64,000 bases of DNA from Macrostomum lignano (lineage: Eukaryota), in NCBI GenBank assembly GCA_002269645.1, contig NIVC01001650.1, forward strand, positions 5,065 to 69,064, in the 5' to 3' direction. The position numbers were made by a program, and so were the translations under genes. The notes beneath the pieces are model-generated. The model ran no database searches. It was not told the origin of the DNA and saw only the letters and a program-made list of their open reading frames with translations. This document shows positions 25,530 to 47,030 of the stretch, in pieces. Numbering within the stretch: the stretch's first letter is position 1; each line of letters starts with the position of its first letter.

Positions 25530-26765
25530 GAGATTCTCAAGGTCAATAGATTCCCCTGAGTGAGATTCTCTAGGTTGATAGATTCCCCTGAGTGAGATTC
25601 TCAAGGTGAAGGGATTTCCCTGGGTGATATTCTCAAGGTCAATAGATTCCCCTGAGTGAGATTCTCAAGGTGAAGGAATTTCCCTGGGTGAGATTCTCAA
25701 GCCCAAGGTGAAGGGATTTACCTAGGTGAGATTCCCAAGGTAAAGAGATTGATCCCCTGGGTGAGATTCTCCAGGTCGATAGATTCCCCTAGGTCAGATT
25801 CTCAAGGTGAAGAGATTCCTCAAGGGTGAGATTCTCCAGGTTGATAGATTCCCCTAGGTGAGATTCTTAAGGTCAAGGGATTCCCCTGGATGAGATTCTC
25901 AAGGTGAAGAGATTCCCCTGAGTGAGATTCTCCAGGTCGATAGATTCCCCTAGGTCAGATTCTCAAGGTGAAGAGATTCCTCAAGGGTGAGATTCTCCAG
26001 GTTGATAGATTCCCCTAGGTGAGATTCTTAAGGTCAAGGGATTCCCCTGGATGAGATTCTCAAGGTGAAGAGATTCCCCTGAGTGAGATTCTCCAGGTCG
26101 ATAGATTCCCCTAGGTCAGATTCTCAAGGTGAAGAGATTCCTCAAGGGTGAGATTCTCCAGGTTGATAGATTCCCCTAGGTGAGATTCTTAAGGTCAAGG
26201 GATTCCCCTGGATGAGATTCTCAAGGTGAAGAGATTCCCCTGAGTGAGATTCTCCAGGTCGATAGATTCCCCTAGGTGAGATTCTCAAGGTGAAGAGATT
26301 CCCCTGGGTGAGGTTTTCAAGGTGAAGAGATTCCCCTGGGTGAGATTCTCCAGTTCGATAGATTCCCCTAGGTGAGATTCCCAAGATGAAGAGGTTCCCC
26401 TGGGTGAGATTCTCAAGGTGAAGAGATTCCCCTTGGGTGAGATTCTCCAGTTCGAAAGATTCCCCTAGGTGAGATTCTCAAGGTGAAGAGATTCCTCTGG
26501 GTGAGATTCTCCAGGTTGATAGATTCCCCTAGGTGAGATTCTTAATGTGAAGAGAATCCCCTGGTGATATTCTCAAGGTGAAGGGATTCCCCTGGGTGAG
26601 ATTCTCAAGGTCGATAGATTCCCCTAGGTGAGATTCTCAAGGTCGATAGATTCCCCTGGGTGATATTCTCCAGTTCGATAGATTCCCCTAGGTGAGATTC
26701 CCAAGATGAAGGGATTCCCCTGTGTGAGATTCTAAACTAGAGAGATTTCCCTTGATGAGATTCTT
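25530..26765. repeat. ~32-bp minisatellite GAGATTCTCAAGGTGAAGAGATTCCCCTGGGT
   Basis: Tandem array with higher-order blocks. Confidence 0.9.
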
Positions 26766-27353
26766 AGAAATGATACTTTGGCTTTGTATTCTCATGAGAT
26801 TCTTAAGAAAGATTCCTTTGGATTCGACTCTTAGGAGGGGAAATTCTCCCATATGAGATTGCCAAGGTGCTGAGAATGCTGTATGGTCACTACCCGAGTG
26901 GAAATGGCTTGGAACTGGGTTTTTTGCGAGTCAATGGGTTAGCCCGTGAAGATTAGCTAGTGCAGTCAGCGACCGAGGCCGGGGTCGCAGGGCTGTACAT
27001 AAAAGTCAACAGACACGGGAAGTCACTCCGGCTCCGTTATTTTACTGAGAGGTTTGTGTCTTGGGCGTTGGTGCTCAGTTTTTCTTTCAGTCTCTCCTTG
27101 GAAACAAATAATACTGAGTGCTAGGCAGTGGAAGTTAATCTACACGTTCATTGGCATTGCAAATACGCTTTGCCGTTATATTACGAGTCCCAGAGGAAGT
27201 CACGTGCTTTACTTAAAGTCATAAGGAAGCTCACGATTTTTATTTATCAAAGCTCATATATTTAACCCAGCTTTTTTGTCTTGAAAACTGAGTGTTAAAA
27301 TTTATTTGTGACGCTGTCTTGCGTTCGTAATTTGAAAGCCAGTTAAGCCAGGA

Positions 27354-27695
27354 GCTTGAAGTCACGTGAATTTCTCAAGGTCATGTATTCAATCTGATGC
27401 TTGAAGTCACGTGAATTTCTCAAGGTCATTTATTCAATCGGACGCTTGAAGTCACGTGAATTTCTCAAGGTCATGTACATTCAATCTGACGCTTGAAGTC
27501 ACATGAATTTCTCAAGGTCATGCATTCAATCTGACGCTTACGAGCGTATAATCACGTGAATTTCTCAAGGTCGTGTATTCAATCTGACGCTTAAAGTCAC
27601 GTGAATTTCTCAAGGTCATGTATTCAATCGGACGCTTGAAGTCACGTGAATTGATCAAGGTCGTGCATTCGATCTGACGCTTGAAGTCACGTGAC
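27354..27695 (+). promoter_or_regulatory. 45-bp tandem repeat forming a CLEAR/E-box (TCACGTGA) cluster upstream of the hexosaminidase
   Basis: GTCACGTGA at 27361, 27406, 27451, 27596, 27641; TCACGTGA at 27552; GTCACATGA at 27498; perfect GTCACGTGAC at 27686. The array ends 102 nt before the ATG. Confidence 0.65.
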
Positions 27696-27797
27696 TACAG
27701 AAAGTTGACGATTTTAGAAGATTCTTGTTAAACCTATCGCCGTAAGTTTCTTTTAATTTCAGAAATTCCTCGCGGACCATAAAAGGCACCTCTAGCG

Positions 27798-38637
<10,840 letters not shown>

Positions 38638-38724
38638 GTGAGCAAACATTTTAGTCTTTGTTATAACCTCAATGACGTAATGCAACATCATATACGAGCG
38701 AATATGTATCGATATATGTGAGAG

Positions 38725-38880
38725 GGTTGTAGCCCAGTGGTGAGAGCGTCGAACTCACGACTGAAAGGTCGGGGGTTCGATTCCCGGTCCCACTGGAACA
38801 ATTTGTGTCCTTGAGCAAGACACTTAACTCTGCATTGCTTCAGTTCACCCAGCTGTAAAATGGGTGCCAGCATTAGCTGG
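38725..38880 (+). mobile_element. tRNA-derived CORE-type SINE, copy 1 (3' end uncertain)
   Basis: Pol III A box TAGCCCAGTGG (38730) and B box GGTTCGATTCC (38774). Then TGTGTCCTTGAGCAAGACACTTAACTC...CAGTT...CTGTAAAATGGG (38804-38864), which aligns with the MIR/CORE domain. Confidence 0.75.
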
Positions 38881-39339
38881 GGTCATTGAGGGTGTGTGGC
38901 GACCCCCCCCCCAAGGCCGTACGCAGCCTTCAGACGCGCCGCGCAATGGCTGCGGCTGAGCTGTCGGTTGTATATCTGGGCATTAGGGCAGGTGTAATCA
39001 ATAATTATATTACAATCATCGATATATATACTCGTAGACCGATATTTGACCAATTAAAAGCTCTTAGCTTGATGTTGAACAATTAAATACGCTGCCTCAA
39101 TAATGTTCACTGATTTGCAGCAGTCCTTAGCATGACTAATTAAACATTTACGCCTGTCATCGTATATCTGTACCCGTCTAATCTGTTCTATTAGAGTATT
39201 CTCTAATGTAATTAATAGTCCTTGTTAATTACTATTCACTCGCTCGGAGATTGGGGGTCTTCATTCTTTTATCACAAAGTTTAGAACATCTGTTCATAGC
39301 ACGCTGAACAAATGCTCATCTTTTGATCTTTTTTCCTAC

Positions 39340-39469
39340 TGAACTGAAGCAGTGCAGAGTTAAGCATCTTGCTCAAGGACACATTGTTCCCAGTGGATCG
39401 AGATTCGAGAATCGAACCCTCGACCTTCCAGTCGTGGGTCCAACGCTCTAACCACTAAGCTGCAATCCC
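39340..39469 (-). mobile_element. tRNA-derived CORE-type SINE, copy 2, inverted and 3'-truncated
   Basis: Reverse complement reads GGGATTGCAGCTTAGTGGTTAGAGCG...GGTTCGATTCTC...TGTGTCCTTGAGCAAGATGCTTAACTCTGCACTGCTTCAGTTCA, clearly homologous to copy 1. Confidence 0.75.
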
Positions 39470-41037
39470 TGACTGTGTAACGAAATGTGCAGCAGAAATG
39501 ATAAAATGGAATCATTCATCGAACCAATGAGTGGAGATGTGCCACTTTAATCATTTTAGGCACAGGAAATGTACGCAGGATAATAAAATTAGCATAGCTC
39601 GTAAAATCCAAATCAATAGAGCCATCAGAAAGGCAAGTCATACCAAAATATGAACATTGGGTCTGCCTTCTATCAAAAACAATTGCACGTTTTGTGCTGA
39701 AAAATGAAAACCTCTATTCTCGGTAATGTATTTTTAGTAAAACATGCCCCCTAAAATTTGTCCAAGAAACATACTTTTCCGTTTTTCTACTTAAGTAGTC
39801 CTTGGGCCAAATAAGTTGTAAAATCAGTAAAGTATTCAAATGCTTAACATGTATTTTGAACGAGCGGCTGATGGCAGATCTGCGTGCTGCATCCATGTAC
39901 AGGTTAAGTAGAAGGCTCAACATGTACACCTGCAATTTCAGGTAAATTTCAATGAACTTGCCGTGGAATTAAGCTGGAAATTATAATTTTGCGGATATGA
40001 ATTCTCGGTTCTTTAGCACTTAATAGATTACTCATGGTAAATTCCAATTATTTTAGTTTAAATCTCTTTAGAGAAAGATGAAATGTGACTGGATTGGTTG
40101 CTCTCTACCAGTGTCTTTAACTGTGTCCATATGTGTGCCTACTGAAGGTACAGTAGTAAAATTTGCATATGCAAAGAAAAATTTTCGTCAGAGCGTAAAT
40201 TTTAATGGGAAGAGATAAGAATGTACATCAGTTTGTGCATGCCTGTCTGTCAAATTAGACTTGAGTAGTCAGATTGGAACTTACTAGAAATTGCCGCGAT
40301 ATTGCAGCCCTCGCCGCCGAGCCAAGACTGGGGAATGAAAATGCCAACGGTATATACAGATGATTTGGCTGCGCTGTGAACAAATAGACTAATCATTTTG
40401 CGAACTTAATTAATTCTATAAGATTAAAATAGCTTAACTCGAGTGTCAAAGTAGCATTTAAAGGAGGCTGACATCAAGCCCGAGTAGGGACATTTTTCAA
40501 GCGCTGGAACCCACTACTGTAACACTTAAACGGATTCATTTTGTCGTGCTGTGTACATGCTGCTGCTGCTGCTGCTGTACAATTAATGAACTTTTGTGCA
40601 AAACATTTCTTCTTTTTGCCTAAGCACTAACCCAGCTGCTTCTGCATTGTCACTGTGTAGTAGAATTCTTCCTTCTAAACCTAAAATGGAGGAACAGATT
40701 TTTGTGAATATCCTTCAAGGGCCTCTCGAAGACCTCAGATTCGAAGAAAATAGTCAAGGTAACTAGTTTTATTTAAATGAACTGTACGATAAAAGCGGCC
40801 GGTAGTGTGGTTGTACAGTTGCATAAGTGTTCGACAATTCTTTTCAAAAGTTTGAGTAGTTCATAATCTATATTGGGCACAGCTGAGCTTGCAGTCGCCC
40901 TGACAACGCTTCGTCTTATTTGCAGCTGCGATCTACCATATAGACAAAATCTCTACACGGACACTAACAATAATGCTAGCGAAGCAGCCCGAGTGATATT
41001 GGTAAACTATGCAGACCTTACTATCCATTCATTTCAG

Positions 41038-41307
41038 CCCGGTAGCAGCGGCCAGTGCTGGTTTTACAAGTGGGCCTGCATCGCCATGTTTACTGTCTAC
41101 ACTCTATCGAAGTTGCTGACCAGAAAACAACAACAGCAGCCGCATCTGTACAATCGGCAGCGATTGTCCCAATTGTTGGGTCTGCTGCGTAGGGGCCCTC
41201 TTTGGTTGTGGATGAAATTACTAACCCTTAACGAAGGAGTTCTGCTGCTTCTGCTGCTGGCTGCCTATTTACTGGGCTGGATCGTGACTCAGCTGCTGGT
41301 CATATGA
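41038..41307 (+). CDS. Candidate terminal exon encoding a hydrophobic C-terminus (possibly of the hexosaminidase)
   Basis: Acceptor TTCATTTCAG at 41037, phase 0 (matches the donor at 38638). Encodes PGSSGQCWFYKW...GVLLLLLLAAYLLGWIVTQLLVI-stop. Linkage to the hexosaminidase is unproven. Confidence 0.3.
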   Translation, partial: PGSSGQCWFYKWACIAMFTVYTLSKLLTRKQQQQPHLYNRQRLSQLLGLLRRGPLWLWMKLLTLNEGVLLLLLLAAYLLGWIVTQLLVI

Positions 41308-42549
41308 ACAAATTATTTCTTGAGCTCTTTTTTTGGCGTAGTCTAAACCAACGTTGAAATTAATCAATAGTTTCTATAGTACGCAAGCGGAATTAGGGGA
41401 CTAGAGGCGGGCGGAGATTGTTTAGCTAGGCAGGAAGTGGGGTTGGGTTAACAAGTGTCATACGCCAGCCAATCAGATACAACTGATGGGTAGAGGCGGG
41501 GATTGTTTAGCTAGGCAGGGAGTGGGGTTGGGTTAACAAGTGTCATACGCCAGCCAATCAGATGCAATTAAGCTGAATTAAATGGTACAATGCTTTCCTC
41601 TCTATGAAATGCACTTTTCCGCGTGACTGGTAAAAGCAACTTCATAATTGAAAGAAATTGCTGGACTAGCTGCCATTCTTTCTTGTTTTTCTCGTTTTTA
41701 CTTTTGCTGTACACGGCCTATATTTGCTGAATCTATTTCTGTTAACTATTAAATAGCATTGTGTGCTTTTGTTCGCCGCCTGGACTCCCGCCTTTCAATC
41801 ATTTGTACAGTGTCAGCAGCCTTACAACTCTTATTTGTTGTTCTGTTCGATTGTGGACCAAGCTGTGGCTTATTGCCTCATGCATTAATCTCTCGTACTA
41901 TTGCTATGCTTTACTTATAAGTATTCTTTGAATAAACTGTGGATTCTAAGAGAGAAGATTTACCAAATCGTGGAATGAATTTCAGAGATAACAATTATTT
42001 TCTAACCAAGTTTTGGTGAAAATCAGTTGAGCCGTTTTTTAATCAATCCCATAGCCAGTCGATTGCAACTACATTTTTAGTACTTTAGCTAGTATTTATG
42101 AGCATGCAATCTAGAGTTGCGCTTACGTATATGAAATTATCTGTTAGAAACAGATAATGTAAGATGATTCGAAAGTCTAGGTTTTTCCTTGAATGAGATT
42201 GTTTGGTTGGAACTTGGAACATTGGAATGTGGAGTAGCAGTCAGTAGTATCTATCTGGTCCATTTGGATTTCCATGCCCATAGCGTACTTACAGGCACTG
42301 CTATTAAGGGTCACGCGACACGCGAATGGAAAATGGCGCATAGTGCTAAAAATAGAATCGAGGCAACCCCATTCTCCCGGCTTTGAGTGCGCCACGCGCA
42401 TGCTGCGTGGCCCTGCACGAATTGACCTTGACAAGAAACCATTCCTCACTCGCCAAATTTCGGGTTACCACAGTAGGAGAGGATGGAAAAGGAAGCCCCA
42501 TGCGCATGTGGCGTGTGCGATTTCAGATTCTCACCCCCGGAATTCCTCT

Positions 42550-42558
42550 TATATAAAA
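42550..42558 (+). promoter_or_regulatory. TATA box of the MYLIP-like gene
   Basis: TATATAAAA about 140 nt before the ATG. A plausible 5'UTR intron follows (GTGAGT at 42611 to AAAG at 42674). Confidence 0.45.
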
Positions 42559-42691
42559 CAGGATTGCGCACACAGCATACGCCATACAAAAGCGTCTGTT
42601 CAAACAAACAGTGAGTGTGTTGATTTGCCTTCATGAAACAATCGCAATTGTCCTAACAATTAACTATTTTAAAGATTTTTTTCAAAATAAA

Positions 42692-45600
42692 ATGAGTTGC
42701 CTCGTTCACTACGAAGTGACTCTGCCAGACGGGCGAGTTCGGGTTGTCTCGTTCGACAAAAGTGCCAGTGGATACGACTGCATTAAATTGGTGAGCAAAA
42801 TTTTGCAGTTTGATTTGGCGACCTGAGCAGTGACTGAGTTTCTTGCTTTCTGTGAGTTAAGCAGTAGTCAAAAAATTCAGTTGGTACAAAAAATCTTAGC
42901 AAAAAGTGAAAACATACACAGCTAAGCAGGGATTTCGGTAAAAAAATCTGACAATGTCACAATGCTCACTGACTTAGATAAAAATAAACATTCGAATATT
43001 CGGGTGCGACGTCTAATTTTAGTTTCTGGCATACAGAAGAGGTCTTGTAGCTAAGAGCAACAATGAAAGACACCCATTTTGCTATGCCCGTCTGAAAATT
43101 CGCTTATGTCTACTGATAACTACCAGCATATTGTTGGCATATTACTAGAGAATTTAAATCTATTTAGCTGAACCCGCCCGCTCCCAACATGTTTGCAGTT
43201 GTGCCGCAGTGAGGGCGTATTCGAGGAGGCGGACTATTTCGGCTTGACCTATCCAGGCAGCCGAGGCGAGGAGCTCTGGGTCAACAGCCGCAATCGGCTC
43301 GCCAAGCAGGTGCCCCGGCCCGGCCGCTGCCAGTTGCGCCTGGCTGTCAGGTTCTTCGTGCAGCCCCATATGCTGGTGGAAGAGGCGACTCGGTGAGCCA
43401 GTCTCTGGGGTGGGCATCGTAGGTTGAGGTCAAGGCCTAGCCTAAGGAATTCATATAGTAATTCTGGGAGTCCAAGGTCACCCAGCCGCGAGTCCAAGGT
43501 CACCCAGCAGGGAGTCCAAGATCACCCAGCAGCGAGTTCAAGGTCACCCTGTCAAGGTCACTCAGGGAAGTCACGATCACTCTGGTAGCAGGTCACAGGT
43601 CAAGGTCATTCTGGAGGCCTATTCGTTCTGGGTTTTTAGGGTTATCAGGGGTCATTATGGGAGGTCAAGGTTATTTTAAGATTTAGAAAATCATTTTGAA
43701 TGTCCTCACAGGCAGCTATTTCACTTGGAGGCTCTCAGGCGCGCTGGCCACCAGCACCCAACCGAAGCTGCTCGCACGACAACCCTAGAACAGGTGGCAA
43801 ACGGAGCCGCTTACGGCTGTCACTTTCATCCCGTCAAAGACTGTCAGCGACGAAAACTATTAATTGGAGTTGACTGTGATTCGGTCCTCCTTTGCCGCGC
43901 AGATGGCGGAGTTCTGCTGAGGTTGGTGCCAGACTTTTTTATTCCTGGCCTATCAATATATGCTATATCTGCTACTTTCAATGGGCGTCGGTTTGGCGTT
44001 TTTTGGCTAAATTTGTGTTCTGAGTAAAATTTGGCTTCGGCTGGCTGGTGTGCAAAGTTATTAATCTCTTTCCTTTTTCCTTTCTGACTTTCTTATTGGC
44101 TCATGTATACTTTTATCGACCATTAACAGCCCCCAGCCCTTAGCTCAACCCCCGACCGCGTCTTCTACACGCGAACCCTCTACCCCCCACAGCCCTCCTC
44201 TCCCATGTACATTTCCAGCGGGGCGCTAGCCAATGTACATTACAGATTGATAACAAGTTGTTTACGGGCTGGGCTGCAAGCGTTCCGCTTTAACAATGGA
44301 CGTAACTTTTTAGTGGCAGATTTTAGTGGCGCATTTATATCCGTATGCTCAGAATGTAATGCATTTTGCAAGAAATTAGCCAGTATAGAAACGCAAGTAA
44401 CAACAATAATTTATAAATTTAACCAACTATTAAACAGGTACGCGTTTCCCAGAGTTCAGAAGGTGACCAGAAGCGGCAGGCTGATTTACCTGTTGCTAAG
44501 TAATCAAGACGGAATTGCTAGGGAATTTGGTTTCCGTCTGGCCAGCGGCAAAGCTGCCGAAGGCCTGTACCGCTGCGTGACGGAGACGCACAGTTTCTTC
44601 CGCAGCGGCAGCGTGCGCTCCCGGCTGGCGATGCAGCGGCGGCGGCGGCACCCGCTGCGGAATTCGCCGAGGGTCGGCGACCTTAAGGCCAGTTTGGCGG
44701 CGCTCATCAAAGGCGGCGCCGTGGGCAGTGATGCCGTCAACAGCGAGGCAAAATCCGCTGAGGACTGCTGTGAGCATTGCGCTGCTTGGGGTCTGGGGTT
44801 GGTCTGTTTTGTTAGGGTCAGTGGCGTCAGTGGGGTCAGTGGGGTCAGTGGGATCAGTGGGGTCAGTGGGGTCAGTAGGCTCAGTAGGGCAGTGGCGTCA
44901 GTGGGGTCAGTGGGGTCTGGGGTCAGTGGGGTCAGTGGGATCAGTGGGGTCAGTGGGGTCAGTAGGCTCAGTAGGGCAGTGGCGTCAGTGGGGTCAGTGG
45001 GGTCTGGGGTCAGTAGGCTCAGTGGGGTCAGTGGGGTCAGTGGGGTCAGTAGGCTCAGTAGGGCAGTGCCGTCAGTGGGGTCAGTAGGCTCAGTGGGGTC
45101 AGTGGGGTCAGTAGGCTCAGTGGGGTCAGTAGGCTCAGTGGGGTCAGTGGGGTCAGTGGGCTCAGTGGGGTCAGTGGGGTCAGTAGGCTCAGTGGGGTCA
45201 GTAGGCGTTAGTGGGGTCAATAGGCTCAGTAGGGTCAGTGGGGTCAGTTAGGGTCAGTTGGGGTCCCTTGGGTCAGTGGGGTCAGTTGGGTCAGTTGGGG
45301 TCCGTAGAGTCTGTGGGGTCAGTTGGAGTCCGTAGGGTCTGTGGGGTCAGTTGGGTCAGTGGGTTCTCAGCAGTGCCCTTCCACGCGAGGCCGGCCCCGA
45401 ACCCGCAGGCCCATGCAGCTGCTACGCTTTCGACGTTCGCTGCACAGCCAAAGAGGTGCACGACGCGGCCAGGCGCCGTCAGTTCCGTGACCTGCGCAGC
45501 GCCGGCGGCGCACTGAAGCCGGCAGTTGCTGCTGCTGCTACGACCGCAGAGCCGGCCGCCTGTCCTGCCGGGCCAGACGAGGTGAGATTGATGTTCTCTT

Positions 45601-45866
45601 GCACTACCTGTAATTAGCATGATAATGTAACTTCATAGAATAATGTAAGGTAACTTTAATTTCCGCAGAGCATTAATGCGTTAGCTAGTCGTTTGGAGTG
45701 TCTGCTTCAAGAGCGGACCTGCTGCCTGTGCTCCGACCAGCCAATCAGTATTGTGCTGGTGCCGTGCAGCCACATGCTGAGCTGCCAGGACTGCTCGGCA
45801 AAGCTGCTCGAGTGCCCGATTTGCCGGGGACAAATCGCTGGCAAGCAGACTGTTTTGCTTCCTTAA
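42692..45866 (+). CDS. MYLIP: MYLIP/IDOL-like FERM + C3HC4 RING E3 ubiquitin ligase, 6 exons, 401 aa
   Basis: Exons 42692-42790, 43199-43392, 43712-43921, 44438-44769, 45409-45581, 45669-45866(TAA). Motifs DYFGLTYPGSRGEELWVNSRNR, RFFVQPH, KLLIGV, AAEGLYRCVTETHSFFR, YAFDVRCTAKEVHDAARR and RING CCLC..VPCSH..CQDC..CPICR are diagnostic of MYLIP. Confidence 0.92.
43421..43673 (+). repeat. Degenerate AGGTCA-core repeat, MYLIP intron 2
   Basis: Nine perfect AGGTCA on one strand within ~250 bp. Confidence 0.75.
44815..45362. repeat. 9-bp minisatellite (GTGGGGTCA)n, MYLIP intron 4
   Basis: Tandem array with GTAGGCTCA variants. Confidence 0.9.
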
Positions 45867-46311
45867 ATTAGTTGAGTTTACAAAATTCCCTCGTTTTTCT
45901 ACTGTAAGTAAGCGAGTAGAGACCTGTCTTCCTTCGAATATTTAGTCTGCAATTTGGCACTTTGCAAAGCAATGCAGACAACTGGAATCTCGAATTGTTT
46001 TGTCTTTTTATTTTTTATGCAAAATTATGCTACGTTTTATGATAGAATGCGAAAAGTATTTCTGCACAGTTTGAAGTGATATTTTTATAACTCTAGACTT
46101 TGCGGCACATTGCCTGTTCAATGCAAATTGTACGAGTGAAGAGCGCTTTTCTCAGTTCTTGCTTGCAATTTTCATTTTTTGCTTTAATAAATTTAAAACG
46201 CTATAAAACACGAGTATTTGGCAGTGCAATCAGTTCGTGAGTGATTTTCTACACGTCTAATTTTTTTGTAAAAATGAAGTTCAGTTGGACGGGAGAGTGA
46301 GCGAATGGTCA

Positions 46312-47030
46312 AGCTCGGTGATCTGGTAGGCAAGGGCAGTGATCTGGTAGATAAGGGCAATGATCTGGTGGACAAAGGCCGTTAGCTGGTGGACAAAGGC
46401 CGTTAGCTGGTGGACAAAGGCAGTCAACTAGTGGACAAGGGCAGTGATCTGGGGGACAAGGGCAGTCAGCTAGTGGGCAAGGGCAGTGATCTGGGGGACA
46501 AGGGCAGTCAGCTAGTGGGCAAGGGCAGTGATCTGGTGGGCAAGGGCAGTGAGCTGGTGGGCAAGGGCAGTGATCTGGGGGCAAGGGCAGTGAGCTGGTG
46601 GGCAAGGGCAGTGATCTGGGGGACAAGGGCAGTTATCTGGGGGACAAGGGCAGTCAGCTAGTGGACAAGGGCAGTGATCTGGGGGACAAGGGCAGTCAGC
46701 TAGTGGGCAAGGGCAGTGAGCTGGTGGGCAAGAACAGTGAGCTGGTGGGCAAGGGCAGTGATCTGGGGGACAAGGGCAGTCAGCTAGTGGGCAAGGGCAG
46801 TGAGCTGGTGGGCAAGAACAGTGAGCTGGTGGGCAAGGGCAGTGATCTGGGGGACAAGGGCAGTCAGCTAGTGGGCAAGGGCAGTGAGCTGGTGGGCAAG
46901 GGCAGTGAGCTGGTGGGCAAGAACAGTGAGCTGGTGGGCAAGGGCAGTGATCTGGGGGCAAGGGCAGTGAGCTGGTGGGCAAGGGCAGTCAGCTAGAGCT
47001 AGTGAGCAAGGGCAGTGAGCAGATTGTTAC
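46312..47030. repeat. 21-bp minisatellite GGGCAAGGGCAGTGA(T/G)CTGGT
   Basis: Tandem array downstream of MYLIP. Confidence 0.9.

Noticed and set aside
38725-38795. tRNA gene
   Set aside because: A and B boxes are present but acceptor and anticodon stems do not pair properly, and a CORE-like body follows. It is a SINE head; the same applies to 39390-39469.
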